Assembly: GCA_965206645.1 (NCBI GenBank)
Contig: CBDBKE010000004.1
Location: forward strand, 480,001 to 544,000
Length of the DNA: 64,000 nt
Source: Terriglobia bacterium
Lineage (GTDB): Bacteria > Acidobacteriota > Terriglobia > JAJPHL01 > JAPKYU01
Direction: 5' to 3'
In this document: piece after piece, positions 38,084-49,626 of the stretch
Numbering within the stretch: the first letter of the stretch is position 1
Layout of the letters: every line of letters starts with the position of its first letter
Notes under the pieces: model-generated
What the model was told of the DNA's origin: nothing
The model's database searches: none
The model's input: the letters and a program-made list of their open reading frames with translations, nothing else
Translations under genes and position numbers: made by a program

Positions 38084-40900
38084 CTATTCCCGATCCGTCC
38101 TCTCTGGAACCGGCACCACCGGAAGCGTCGTGAAGATGCGCGTGCCGGGGTCCATTTCCAGGGCCACGGCGGTAAACAGATCCCCCCCTGGCGCACTGCA
38201 GCGCACCGACCCTGCGAAGTCGGACGTATCGGTGCCGGGGAACGCCTGGTCGATGAGCCAGGCCGTCTGCCCGTTGGCCTCCAGAGGGATGCTCGCGCCG
38301 TCGAGCAGCACACCCTCTCGCATCAAGTCGCAGTGCACCAACCCCGCACTCGATTCCAGGTTGTGGAGCGCGACCCCCGTCGTGATTCCTCCCTCCTGGC
38401 GGCGCACCGGGAAGAGGGCGTCGCTGACGGGCGGGCTGGCTCCCACCCCGGCCACTCCGAGGTCGGGGTGCTCAAACCGGAGCATCCCGCCGATGGGACC
38501 CTCCGAGACCACCCGCACCGATCCCGACACCAGCGCCCCTCGCCCGTGGGTCGAGATCGTGAGTACTCCCAGCGGCTCCATCTCGGTGCGGACCGTCAGA
38601 GCGCCGTCCTCGGTGATCTCCAGATCGCCCGTGATGTCCACCACCGATGCGGCGGCAATCGGGTTGCCCTCGGTGTCGTAGAAATAAATCTCGGGACGGC
38701 TCGGAAGGATGTCCGTATGAAAGGGGGTGGGGGCGGGACGGCTCGGCTGGATGGACAGATTCAAGAACACCAGATCGGTGATCCAAGTCCCGTTGGCGAA
38801 ATGCGCAAAATCCAGGACCGTCTCCCCGGCCCCGCCTCCCGTTCGGTCCACCGGCACCACCGAAAGCGTGCTGAAGATGCGCTGGGCGGCATCCATTTCC
38901 ACGGCGATGGCGGTGAACCGTCTGCTACCGAGCACGGTGCAGCGCACCGACCCCAGGAAATCGGACGTATCGGTCGTGGAGAACGCCTCTTCGATGAACC
39001 AGGAAGCCTGCCCGTTGGCCTCCAGAGGAATCTCCACCTCTTCGAGCGAGACGCCCTCGCTCATCAATCGGCAGCGCACCCCCATCGCTTCCTCTCCCAG
39101 GTTGTGCAGCGCCGTCGCCGTGCGGATTCCCCCCGCCTGGCGGCGGGCCGGGAACAGGGCATCCCGGACGGGCGGGCTGGCTCCCACCCCGGCCACCCCG
39201 ATCTCTGGGACGCCATAGCGCACCAACCCGCCGAGGGGACCGTCCGAGAGGACCTTCACCGATCCCGACACCAGCTCGCCTTGCCCGTGGGTTGAAATCG
39301 TGAGTTCCCCCAGCGGCTCCATCTCCGTCCGGACGGTCAGGCCTCCGTCCTCGGTGACCTCCAGATCGACCGTCACGTCCACCACCGATTCGGGGTCAAT
39401 GAGACGGCCCCCTCGATCGTAAAAGTAGATTGCGGGCCGGATCGGATGGGAGGACACATTCACGAGCACCATCTCGGAGGTGATGCCGGTCCCATTGGCG
39501 AAATGCGCGAAGTCCAGAACCACCGGCAGCGTGGCCTCGGCACGGTTGGAAGCCCGGCCCCTGCCGATCCGGTTCACCGCCCGCACCTCGAAGACGTAGG
39601 CCGTGCCGTTGACGAGACCGGTGACCGTATGGGTGGTGTCGGTGGAGCCGATGGATATCCAGCGTCCCTTCCCGTCGATGCGGTACTCGTAATCCCTGAT
39701 CTCAGAGCCGCCGTCGTCCCTCGGCGCCTCCCACGTCAGCTTCACCTGCCCGTCTCCACCCTTCGCCAGCAGATTCCTGGGCGCGGACGGCGCGGACGTT
39801 CTCGGTCCGCCCCCGCCTGGAGGCCCACCGCCGCCTGGTGGTCTGGGCGGGGTCCTGTCATTGTCCCGAACGGTCATCGAGGCGGACGCGTTTGCCGACA
39901 CTGGCTCATAGCCCGTGCCCTGCCCCACCGTCACGGTCACCACGCTGTCCCTCTCGTCCCCGCTGTCGTTGACGGTCTGGACCGTCAGCGTCACCCGCGC
40001 CGCGCCCGCCGGGAAGGTGACCCGCTTCGGCACGGGGCGGCGCAGCATGTCGCCGCTCTCGCTCACGATTAGCTCAACCTGAAGCGCCCCCGCCGCACTA
40101 CCGCTCCGCAACAGCGTGAACTCGGCGTTCCGGCCTTCGTCCACCATAATCTCCGCCGCCGTGATCGTCACCGAAACCGTCGGGGGGACGACCGCCGTCG
40201 GCATGGCGGTCGCCTCGACGGAGGCGTCGCTCTCGCCCTCATCGTTCACCGCCCGCACCTGGAACGCATAGTCCGTACCGTTGGTCAAGCCGGTGACGGT
40301 GTGGCTCGCCTGGTTCTCCTGCCCGGCGGCGCTGTCGGGGATGTCCATCCAAGCGCCGTACTCCGCGTTCCCCTCCTTCTGCTGGAGCTGGTGCTTGGTG
40401 ATGGTGCTCCCGCCGTCGTCTCCCTTCGTCCACGCTAGCGTCACCCGGGCGTTCCCAGCCATCGTCGTCAGGTTCCTCGGCGCGGCGGGCGGATCGCATA
40501 CGGTTCCCCCCTGGAAAGTGATCGTCGCCAACCAAGCCTGAAAGGCGGCATCCGTTGGCGCACACACATTGGTGCCCGATACGTTTAAAATTCCTAGATT
40601 TGACAGATGCCTCAGTTCCTCCGGGAGCTGCCCGGTCAACTCGTCGTTTCCAGAGAGAATCAACTGCTCAAGGTTCTCCAACTGCTCCAACGCCACTGTG
40701 ATCGTCCCCGTCAACTGATTGTTGGTGAGAACCACGCGCGTGACGCGACCGTTACTGTCGGTAGTAACCCTGTGCCACGCCGAGAGCGGCTCCTCGGTCG
40801 TAAGCCAGTTCGTGCCGACCGTCCAGTTTGGACCGTCGGTCGCGTTGTAGAACCCCTCCAGTGCCCCCCGATCCGCCGCCACGCCCACTGCCGCCGGGAT
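38084..40900 (-). pseudogene. Large surface protein (LRR, FN3, Calx-beta-like, FN3, two tandem C-terminal repeat domains), 5'-truncated by IS3
   Basis: ALEGFYNATDGPNW..LTNNQLTG LRR; PAAPRNL..VTGLTNGTDYAFQVRAVN FN3 twice; duplicated VLDFAHFANG domain. Confidence 0.8.
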
Positions 40901-42150
40901 TGACCTGACCGGCACTTTTTGTACCAAGTGGAAAGAGAGAGAATCCACTTGAGGAGGAAGTGAGGTCATGCCGACAAGGAGTTACAAGCCGGAGCAGATT
41001 GTAGCGGTGCTACGGCAGATAGAAGTGCAGATGGGGAACGGGAAGACTGCGCCCCAAGCCTGCAAAGAAGCTGGAATCCACACCCAAACCTACTACCGGT
41101 GGCGGAAGGAATACGGCGGGCTGAAGGTGGTGCAGGCAAAACGGCTGAAGGAGTTGGAGAAGGAAAACACGCGGCTGAAGCGGTTGGTAGCGGAGCTTTC
41201 TCTGGAGAAGCAGGTACTGCGGGATGTGGCACAGGGAAACTTCTGAGCCCTGAGCGGCGGCGTTGTGCGGTGGAGCGTGCGTGGGAGCAACACGGGTTGT
41301 CGGAACGGCATGCCTGCCGGCTGCTGGGGCAATGGCGAGGGACACAACGATACGAGCCGATTCATCGGGTGGACGAGGATGCTCTGACCCGAGCGATCAT
41401 TGCCCTGGGAGCGAAGTACGGGCGATATGGCTACCGGAGGATCACAGCGTTGCTGCGGAGTGCGGGCTGGGAAGTGGGCAAGGACCGGGTGCAGCGGATT
41501 TGGCGGCGGGAAGGGCTGAAAGTGCCGCAAAAACAAAGGCCGCGAGGACGGCTGTGGCTGAACGACGGTTCCTGTGTACGACTGAGGCCGGAGCGACCGA
41601 ACCACGTGTGGAGCTACGACTTCATGAGTGCCAGAACGCACGAGGGGAAAACGCTGCGGCTGCTGACCTTGCTGGATGAGTACACGCGGGAATGCCTGGC
41701 GATCCGGGTGGAGCGGAGGATGGGCAGCCAACAAATCATTGAGGCGTTGTCGGACGTGATGTTGTGGCGAGGGATACCGGAACAGATTCGATCCGACAAT
41801 GGTCCCGAGTTCATCGCCAAACAACTGCGCCAGTGGTTGGCAAATCTAGGGACCGGGACACTGTACATCGAACCGGGCAGTCCCTGGGAGAACGGGTACT
41901 GCGAGAGTTTCAATGGGAAGCTGCGGGACGAATGCCTGAATGGAGAGATCTTCTACTCGTTGAAGGAGGCACAGGTGGTGATTGAACAGTGGAGGGTGCA
42001 ATACAACACGGTGCGGCCGCACTCGGCGCTCGGCTATAGGCCCCCGGCGCCGGGGGCCTATAGCCCTCCCCTGCCACTGAAACCAGTTTCACAGCCCCAG
42101 GCTGCGATGTAAACTCTCACTACGGTTGGTACAAAAAATCGGTCTGGTCA
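40901..42150 (+). mobile_element. IS3-family element copy 2; orfA 40968-41246, orfB to 42112
   Basis: Same IRs as copy 1, near-identical sequence. Confidence 0.95.
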
Positions 42151-42550
42151 GGCCCTACACTTCGGACGTCGACGGCGCTTTGCCTTCGGCTCACCGTGCT
42201 GTAGTTGGGCACTGGGAGGTCGAGCGCCATGAGCGCCACGATGGATTGAAGGAACCCTTGAGTGGTCCGTAGGTTGAGGTGAAACACCGAATTCAGGACC
42301 AGCGCACATTGGATCGCCGCATCTGCGTAGACCTTGGGCCGGCCTCGCCCTTCGAAGGGTCCTGGATGACGCCAGGCAGCGACTGCCTCCGTGTCGAACC
42401 ACAGTGTCAGCTGCCCACGTTTCACCAGAGCCCGGTTGTACTCCGGCCAGTTGCGAACCTTATATCGGAAGGTGTAGTCGCTTTTGCCCATCCCCTAGCC
42501 TATCAGGGGGGAGAGCGTTGGGGATGGAGTCAGATTTCTGCAACAACGCC
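42151..42550 (-). mobile_element. IS5-family (IS903-group) left end and transposase N-terminus (start 42491), truncated by IS3
   Basis: YKVRNWPEYNRALVKRGQLTLW..GRPKVYAD.AI..VPNYSTVSRR; IR GGCGTTGTTGCAGAAATC. Confidence 0.85.
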
Positions 42551-42787
42551 CACCCGCGGCGCCAAGCGGATGCAGCAGGACTACCAGCAGCCACTGCCAG
42601 ATGTCCCCACCGTTCGCGAATGCGCCCACCAGGGCCGTGAAGCCGGCGAAGAGCGCGTGCATCACCGCGAGCATCGTCACCGACATCCGGAAGCTGGTCA
42701 TGGAGACATGATACATCCCGCCGGGGCTCTCGTCCTCTGAACCGCGCCGTCGACGCCCACCGGCACGCATCGTTGACGCTGCACACG

Positions 42788-43168
42788 CTAGAACGCGACC
42801 GCGCCGACCCGCAGCAGATTGGTCAGGTAGGCGACCGCGGTCGACGTGCGTCTCTTGAAGTAGAAGACCCGTCCCTGCTCATGCTCACTGACGTGATAGC
42901 ACTCCCACCGCTCCCGTCCCATCGCATTGAGCCGTTCGTCCACGTCTCCCAGATCAGCGTGGGCCACCTCGAGTGACGTGTATTCGATGGCCCAGAGAGC
43001 CTGGAGCTCTGCTGCCGACAACTCGCGCACGTCGTTGGCCCTCGTTCGCGCGTCGTCCAGGATTCCCTGAGCCCCCTCTCGCAACTCAGCCAACGGGTCC
43101 TGTCGGCATCCAACCGAGAGCACCGCGAGTGACACGCCGATTAGTATGATTCGCATCATCGCTTTCAT
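42788..43168 (-). CDS. Putative lipoprotein
   Basis: MRIILIGVSLAVLSVGC lipobox; LNAMGRERWECYHV..FYFKR resembles DUF4177-like proteins. Start uncertain. Confidence 0.5.
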   Translation of the reverse strand: MKAMMRIILIGVSLAVLSVGCRQDPLAELREGAQGILDDARTRANDVRELSAAELQALWAIEYTSLEVAHADLGDVDERLNAMGRERWECYHVSEHEQGRVFYFKRRTSTAVAYLTNLLRVGAVAF

Positions 43169-43339
43169 CCCTTTGTAATCGGTGACAGCGCGGGACATCC
43201 GCCGCGCGGTTTCTCCGTCGTCTGAACGAGATGCATCCGCGCGAACCGAACATTCAGCAGTGGGCTGGTGTCCCACTGGCCCACCCTCCAGGGTCTACAC
43301 CCGTTGACGGGACGTTCCCCGCACGACCGCGCCGAGCAC

Positions 43340-43987
43340 TCAATGAATCGTCGGCTTGGTCACCGCGCTCGTCGCCAGCCGGTGTTGGCGAGCTCGCGTG
43401 CAGACCAGGACAACCGCATGCAACTCCTGCTCCGCAATGCGTGAGAGTTCCCGCACGTTCCTGAGGGTCCCCGCCACGTCGTCTGCCGACGCCGGCGGTG
43501 CTGGCTGGCGGCCCAGGAGCTCGACGATGCCGTGCAGCATGGCGTTGATCTCCCTCAGATGCTCCAGTGCCTCGTGGGCTCGTTCGGGGAGCTCGATGGC
43601 CTCCTCGTCACCGAACAGGCCGTCGATGAAGCCTTCCAGCTCGTCGATACGGATCTGGCACAGACGTCGCAAGTCCTCTGGCTCCGCCTGGGTGGCTATT
43701 CGCGTCAACCGAAACGGCGTGCTTTCCGATTGATGGGTTGCCAGAGCGTTCCAGAGGCCCATGAGCGCGTCGAACAGTTCGTTGGCCGCCGCAGCCGTGT
43801 CGAACGTCGGCAGCTGACCTCCCCACAAGTTGGTGACCGTCTGGACGGGCGATGCGTCAAGCCGGGGCGTCGCGATGTTGCCGAGGAAACGCGTGCGTAC
43901 GACGGGGAATGCCGTGGGACAGACAGCGTGGTCTAAGAGCGCGCGGACGCGTGCGGTGCCGTGAGAGCTGAGGGACGGTTTCTTCAT
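43340..43987 (-). CDS. Hypothetical all-helical protein (UPF0149-like, mobile-element associated)
   Basis: VRTRFLGNIA..LWGGQLP.F..LMGLWN.L; long ORF with plausible composition. Confidence 0.5.
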   Translation of the reverse strand: MKKPSLSSHGTARVRALLDHAVCPTAFPVVRTRFLGNIATPRLDASPVQTVTNLWGGQLPTFDTAAAANELFDALMGLWNALATHQSESTPFRLTRIATQAEPEDLRRLCQIRIDELEGFIDGLFGDEEAIELPERAHEALEHLREINAMLHGIVELLGRQPAPPASADDVAGTLRNVRELSRIAEQELHAVVLVCTRARQHRLATSAVTKPTIH

Positions 43988-44122
43988 GCCCGATTTGACA
44001 CCCCGCACCTGTCTCTGGACGTCGCCAGCCTACTCCGAACCACTGTGGCGATGTCGGGAGAATTGAGGGAGTTTACATCACAACCTGCCCATTAGAATCA
44101 ACTACTTGATATCTCTTTGGTG

Positions 44123-44272
44123 ATGCAGCGCGACCATCGCGTGCCGTTGTGTGGGCGCGCGCTGGAGGTCCTCAAGGCGGCCTGCCCGCTCGGCGCCGGC
44201 GGCAATCCACCCGTGTTCCCCGGTAAGAGGGGGCAAGCTGCTCGCCGACAAGACGCTCGTCTGCGGCTCTGA
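44123..44272 (+). pseudogene. P4-type integrase fragment
   Basis: My translation gives MQRDHRVPLCGRALEVLKAA..PVFPGKRG, then KLLADKTL in a shifted frame. Confidence 0.55.
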
Positions 44273-44656
44273 CACCGCAAGGGGTTAACCCGCGATCTCG
44301 GTGGCGTCGGCCACCTTGTCGAGTGCTCACGCACTCCGACGGTACGATAGCGAGCGGTCACTCCATATGGTCTTGTACGTCGGATGGACCTTTGACTTCA
44401 TCCCCATAGTGTGATTCCTGCGGCGAGTCCCGAGAAGTGCCGGCCAAGCCGGCCCACCCGCGCAGGGTCTTCATGCAACAACGCCCAGCAGTGCCCCGAC
44501 GGTCGGGGCCACTTGTGCGAACGTTGGAGTACCTGCCACCATCGCATCGGAGATCCAGTGGATGACCGTCGCGTCCGGCGGGATTCCCCGAAGCCGGACA
44601 AACACGTTCGGCTGAGCCTGGAACCTAGCTCTGCGCACCGACGAGATTATTAGGCG

Positions 44657-47533
44657 TCACAGTCCCAGCTTGAAGCTCAATTCATCCGCAATCGAAGTGG
44701 GCAGCGGAACAGCCGTGTCTGTATCCGGCGTGATCAGTTTCGCGACTTCATCCTGCCCCATCACTACGCGAAACCATTGTTCTCGGTGGGACATGACCTG
44801 GTACTGCCGCTCGTCGGCAGTACCGGCGAGATACGGAAGGTAAACGACGATCGGTTGGCAGCCTTCGGCCTTGCAGCCAAGCCGATCGATTCGTCCTGTT
44901 CGCTGCTCGATTGTGCTCGGGTTCCAGGCAAGGTCGTATTGAATGACGTGGCGACAGAACCGCTGCAGGTCGACACCCTCGCCCATAACCCCGCTGCACA
45001 CGAGGATGTCCGGGAAGAACGGCGTATTGAAAGCTCGCATGAGACGAGCTCTGGTGTCACGCCTCGTAATGCCTGTGGCTACTTGGACATTTGCGACGGC
45101 AACCTTCGCCTCCTTAGCCTCGCCTGTCCCCTCGTCCTCATCTTCCACTCGGATTCCCCCGGTCTGGGTTCGACTGGCCGCTTCGAGATAGAGCCTCCGC
45201 TCCTCCGTCGAGCACCCGTTCGCGAGGAAATTGATGAACCCGTGAAACTTCTCCCGCCAAGAGGTCCCTGACCTATCTACATGGCCCAGCAGCTTCGCCA
45301 CAGCGTCCGCTGGATCGCTCGAATTCACGTCGTCCAGGGGAAAGCAGCGAGCCAGCGTCGTCGGTGCACGCAGAAAGCGGCGCATGATGTCGATCAGCTC
45401 TTCACGCTCGGCGCCCGGCAGCCTGGCGGAGTCGAGCGCAGCGGTGTGTTCTCGGGCAATCTCGATGAGTGCCTCGTCGATCGCCCGGCGCCCCCGAGTC
45501 CTCGTATCGTCAAAGAAGCGCTTCTGGACACTCTCCAGCAAAGCGTCGACCGATTCGCGACCATCGCGCCCGCCACCGGCTTGTAGTCGACGCTGGACAC
45601 CTGCTTCCAACCTTCGCTTGATTTCCTCGCTGATGTGAACGCGCAAGGCGCGACAGGTCCTCCGGTAAAAGGCGAAAACGAGCACCTTTTCACCAGATGC
45701 CCAAAGGTCCACAACCCTCGTCACGGTGGCGGCCATCTTCGGGTGCGTGTCGCCCCGAGCATGCTCAAGAGCCCGGTCGAACTCCGTCAGGTACCAGCGG
45801 GCCTGCGCGAGATCCGGAAGGGCTTCGGGTTGCCCGTCCTCGTGGTCCCGATCCAGTTGGTCCCGATCAAGCTGACGATGCTCACGCGTGTAGCGAAAGG
45901 CCTCGTAAGACGAGGACAACGCCTCACCCAGTACGTCTGAGCCTGCGCTGATAGCGCTTCTGGCAGCAAGAAAGAACGGCAGTAGTTGAGACGGTTGAAT
46001 CGCGAGTCCCATCATTCCTGGGTGCCCAGCGATGGCACCGCCTTCGATCCGTGTCCGGCGAGCCACCTCGGTCTGTTCCCAATACTTGCCCTTGTTGTGT
46101 CGCACAATCCAGGGCCGGAGGGCTTCTTCCGCGCCCTGTCGCGTACGCTTCGCCGTGCGATAACCTTCGGCGATGGCCCGTTGGCGGGCTGTGAGGGATT
46201 CCGCCGGCCGCGCGAGCAGATCGTCCCACCACGACTCAACCTCCGATTGGCTGTCTTCCGGTGTCAGGCGGCTCCACGCACGTTGAAGCGCAATCGCACC
46301 CCGCTGGTTATCGTCGAGCTGGCTTCGAAGCTCGGACAACTGCTGCGCGAAGCGTTCTCGGCCGCCCAGTTCGGTCTCGTTCCAGCGGACATCACCAAAG
46401 CGCTCGAGCACACGGAGCAGCTCGTGATGGCCAAGCTGAAACGGAGTCGCCGTGAGAAAGAGCATCCGATCGAAGGACCGCGCCATTGCGCCGTCTCCTG
46501 TGCGCATCGACTCCTCGGAGTCGGAAGACTGGAGTTGACGCGCGAGCGACGTGCCTGGATTCTTGAGATGATGGGCTTCGTCCATCACCAGCAGCGGCGA
46601 ACGCCATCGGGCCTGTGCCAACAACGTTTTCCACAGCTCGCGCTCGACCTCCTTGAGGGCTCGGCGAGCGTCGGTAACCCGCTCCGACACGCGCGACCCA
46701 CCGCCGCGGGCCCGAACCGGCATATGTTCCAGCGCCTCTGCCAGGGGCTTTAGGTTCATGAGGCGGAGCGCACGCGCGACGCTCTTTGGAACGGGATCGT
46801 CGTTCAGACGTCGGTCCTCTTGGGTGCCGTCGTTATAGAGCTTTTTCCAGCGCTTGGAGTCTGAGCGGAGAAGCCGCTGCCAGAGAACGTCGCCCCAGTC
46901 GTGGCGACGTTCTTCCCCAATGGCCCAGAGAAGCTCTCCGAGAAACCGGTGGATCTGACCCTTGACCTTAATGAGCCGTTTTGCCTTGCCACGGCCATGA
47001 ACGCGAAGCGCTTCGGCTATGAGTGCCAGCCGCACCCATCGGTCGCTTTGCCGGCGGGACATGGCGCTCTGGGCCAAAAAGATGAAGTGCGGCCGCACGC
47101 GGGGCGGATCATCGAGAAGCTTCATCAGCGCCACGCTGTCCCGCGCGATTCCAAATCGCAGGGCGCCAGGTTTCTTCAGATCCTTCGGGCCGCTCGCATC
47201 CACTGACAGGGGCAGACGGTCAGGCACATACAGCTCGCAGAACGTCTTGAGGTCTTGCACCCACTTGTCGATTAGGTTTGCGGGCACCATGACGATGACG
47301 GGACCGAGGGGGCTGTGAACCGCGACACTATAGGCGACACCAAGCGCAACGAATGTCTTGCCCATCCCAACTTCGTCGGCGAGGATGACTCCAGGCTGCC
47401 TGCGCAGTCGATCGAGAATGGCCTCGACCTCCGTCCGCTGCCGCTTCTGGTCGCCTTCTGGAACCCTATTGTTCAAGCGTGTGCCGATGACGAGTTCCGC
47501 CGGCATGGAATAGGCACCGCCTACGCGAGACAT
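44657..47533 (-). CDS. SNF2-type SF2 helicase (Azaca ZacC-like)
   Basis: LADEVGMGKT, MDEAHH, LTATP, GEGVDLQ, EQRTGRIDRLG. Confidence 0.85.
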   Translation of the reverse strand: MSRVGGAYSMPAELVIGTRLNNRVPEGDQKRQRTEVEAILDRLRRQPGVILADEVGMGKTFVALGVAYSVAVHSPLGPVIVMVPANLIDKWVQDLKTFCELYVPDRLPLSVDASGPKDLKKPGALRFGIARDSVALMKLLDDPPRVRPHFIFLAQSAMSRRQSDRWVRLALIAEALRVHGRGKAKRLIKVKGQIHRFLGELLWAIGEERRHDWGDVLWQRLLRSDSKRWKKLYNDGTQEDRRLNDDPVPKSVARALRLMNLKPLAEALEHMPVRARGGGSRVSERVTDARRALKEVERELWKTLLAQARWRSPLLVMDEAHHLKNPGTSLARQLQSSDSEESMRTGDGAMARSFDRMLFLTATPFQLGHHELLRVLERFGDVRWNETELGGRERFAQQLSELRSQLDDNQRGAIALQRAWSRLTPEDSQSEVESWWDDLLARPAESLTARQRAIAEGYRTAKRTRQGAEEALRPWIVRHNKGKYWEQTEVARRTRIEGGAIAGHPGMMGLAIQPSQLLPFFLAARSAISAGSDVLGEALSSSYEAFRYTREHRQLDRDQLDRDHEDGQPEALPDLAQARWYLTEFDRALEHARGDTHPKMAATVTRVVDLWASGEKVLVFAFYRRTCRALRVHISEEIKRRLEAGVQRRLQAGGGRDGRESVDALLESVQKRFFDDTRTRGRRAIDEALIEIAREHTAALDSARLPGAEREELIDIMRRFLRAPTTLARCFPLDDVNSSDPADAVAKLLGHVDRSGTSWREKFHGFINFLANGCSTEERRLYLEAASRTQTGGIRVEDEDEGTGEAKEAKVAVANVQVATGITRRDTRARLMRAFNTPFFPDILVCSGVMGEGVDLQRFCRHVIQYDLAWNPSTIEQRTGRIDRLGCKAEGCQPIVVYLPYLAGTADERQYQVMSHREQWFRVVMGQDEVAKLITPDTDTAVPLPTSIADELSFKLGL

Positions 47534-49626
47534 CGCTTCACCACCCGTTTCCAAAACTCGGCGGGCTCCTCCGAGAGCAGTCGGCGATGGGCCTCGACCT
47601 CACGCCCAAGCTTCCGGGCCAGTTCTCTCAGGAATGTGTCGTAGACTTCGTGGAATTCGGTGCGAGATAGCGCGCCCTCGGCTGGCTCGTAGTCCACCTC
47701 GCGAAGCACAATCAGAAAATCGGCTAGGGTCAGCAGCGCCTCGTCGGCCTCCTCGTTGGCCGTGGCGATGTCGCGCACCAGTCGTTCGGCGACCGCCTGA
47801 ACGCCGACGAAACCCCGCAACCGCCATTCGAGTGCCTGGCGTCCCCACGCCGACCGCTGCAGGTTGGCACGCAGCTGCGCAAGAACGCGCGCCCGGCGGC
47901 GGACGCGGTGCAGGAACGTCGCCTGCAGGTCAAAGCGCCGCAAGGGGTCCAGATCGATCGGTGTCGCTGAATCAAGGTCATCGTCAAACCCCGTCGAGTG
48001 CTCACGACTCTTCGCCCACGCTCGAAAGGCAGCACTGGGATCGGTCGCGGCCAGGATGCCCAGCATGTCATCCGCAGACATCTGGTCCAACTGAGACGGC
48101 GGCGGCAGCTCGTGGCGATCTTCGACATTCAGTGGCAGAAATGCCTCGAGATCTTCCCATCGAACGAGAAGCTTCTCCGGTGGCTGCGGTGCCGACCATG
48201 GAAGTGCGACGATCGAACGACGACCGCTTTGTTCCCAGGTCGACGAAGACAGGATCTCGTGGCCATCTCGACCACTCGCCAGAATGCTCCAGCTGTAGGG
48301 CAGCCCGACGGGATCCAGGTACAGGACAAGCTGCTGCGCGCGTCCCGCCCGAAAGACAGCGGACAGGAATCCCGGCGGCGCCGGCTGGCCGGACGCCCGT
48401 TCCTCCTCGTCTCGCTCCGGCCGGCCACCTTCCCACTCTGCAGCTTCAGCGTCATCGACCTGCTCCATCTCAGGCCACAGCGCATCGAGCTCGCCAGAGT
48501 CGCGACTGAATTCGACGTAGTCCACAAGCGTCAACAGGTTCGCCTCCGTGTTTCGCCGGACACCGACGCCCAAGCCGGCCCTCGTGAAGTTCGAGGAACC
48601 GACCATGAGCGCTGAGTAGCGGTCACCCTTCAGCGCTAGCATCTTCGCGTGCCACGGTCGCAGATTGCGGTCCCCGTCGTGGTCGGGCAGCAGTTCAACC
48701 GAGACGGAGGCGCTGTACCGAGGCGGCGTGTCCACGAGCGCCCTGGGGGCAGCCAGCCGCGGTACTGCTGCCGTTTCATCCCGAATCGCCGGTACACAGA
48801 AGCACAGATGACGGTCGGTGCCACGGGCCAGGAGTTTGCACAGGGCGGCTGTCGCCGCGCTCGTCTCGCTGTCGCTATCGAAAAAGGGCGACGCGATCCA
48901 GGCCTCGTCGGGCGAGCCCCCGCGCTTACGGCAGAGCCGGACCGCTTCATTGAGGCTACTGCGTGCCGGCACACGCCTCCCGTTCTCGGGCATCGTGAAT
49001 ACCAAGTGCTGACGCACCGCGCTCCTGCGCCGTCCTGATGTCCATAGTCTTGTCTGCTTCCGGACACGTTCGAGAAACTCGTCTGAACGCTGAACGGCCG
49101 GAAGGCTGGCCGAGGCACCCGGCACAAAGGCCAGTAGCGACCCAAGGAAATCAAGCGACTCCTCCAGCGCCTGAAGGTCGGCCTCCTGCGGCGTTAAGTC
49201 GATCGTTGAGGCAACCTCGTAGTTGCTCCGGTATCCGGGGTCGGTAAGGTTCGCTGAGGTTACGATGATCCGAACATGGGTGGTCCACGCGAGCAGGCTG
49301 AGCTTCGCGTGCTGCCTGCCTCCGACGATTCTGACGGGCACCACGTCCCAGCGGAGGGAGTGCTCGACTCCGGCCTGTGTGTGATCCACCAGCACCCCCG
49401 CATACACACCGCTCAGGCGACTCTCGCGCTCGAGCAAGAAAGCCAGATCCTCTCGATGCGGTTCGGATTCAATCTCCAGAAAGCGAGCAAGACACTGCTC
49501 CTCAAACAAACCCGGAGCAAACGTAAATGTCGTCGCCACACAGCCGATCGGGTCGCCGGCCTGCTGTGGAGGCCGCCACAGGTCGAGCATCGCGCCCGTG
49601 GCGCCGCTCTTTCGCCGTTTACTCAT
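47521..49626 (-). CDS. Phospholipase D-superfamily nuclease with two HxK motifs (ZacB-like)
   Basis: QHAKLSLL..VTSANLT and WHAKMLAL..VGSSNFT. Confidence 0.8.
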   Translation of the reverse strand: MSKRRKSGATGAMLDLWRPPQQAGDPIGCVATTFTFAPGLFEEQCLARFLEIESEPHREDLAFLLERESRLSGVYAGVLVDHTQAGVEHSLRWDVVPVRIVGGRQHAKLSLLAWTTHVRIIVTSANLTDPGYRSNYEVASTIDLTPQEADLQALEESLDFLGSLLAFVPGASASLPAVQRSDEFLERVRKQTRLWTSGRRRSAVRQHLVFTMPENGRRVPARSSLNEAVRLCRKRGGSPDEAWIASPFFDSDSETSAATAALCKLLARGTDRHLCFCVPAIRDETAAVPRLAAPRALVDTPPRYSASVSVELLPDHDGDRNLRPWHAKMLALKGDRYSALMVGSSNFTRAGLGVGVRRNTEANLLTLVDYVEFSRDSGELDALWPEMEQVDDAEAAEWEGGRPERDEEERASGQPAPPGFLSAVFRAGRAQQLVLYLDPVGLPYSWSILASGRDGHEILSSSTWEQSGRRSIVALPWSAPQPPEKLLVRWEDLEAFLPLNVEDRHELPPPSQLDQMSADDMLGILAATDPSAAFRAWAKSREHSTGFDDDLDSATPIDLDPLRRFDLQATFLHRVRRRARVLAQLRANLQRSAWGRQALEWRLRGFVGVQAVAERLVRDIATANEEADEALLTLADFLIVLREVDYEPAEGALSRTEFHEVYDTFLRELARKLGREVEAHRRLLSEEPAEFWKRVVKRCLA

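Noticed and set aside
4970-39295. Numerous long antisense or overlapping ORFs (e.g. 4970-5899, 25236-26273, 35359-36534, 37928-39295)
   Set aside because: Shadow frames of high-GC genes; R/P/G-rich with no recognisable motifs.
40901-40969. MTSLPPQVDSLSFHLVQKVPVRS N-terminus on ORFs starting at 40969, 4682 and 53578
   Set aside because: It is the outward reading frame of the IS3 left end, not a shared protein domain.
380-42550. IS5 right half (380-825) and left half (42151-42550) as ends of one 42-kb composite element
   Set aside because: Orientation and IRs are compatible, but the outer 9-bp flanks CCGAGCGGC and CACCCGCGG do not form a target duplication and the IRs differ internally.
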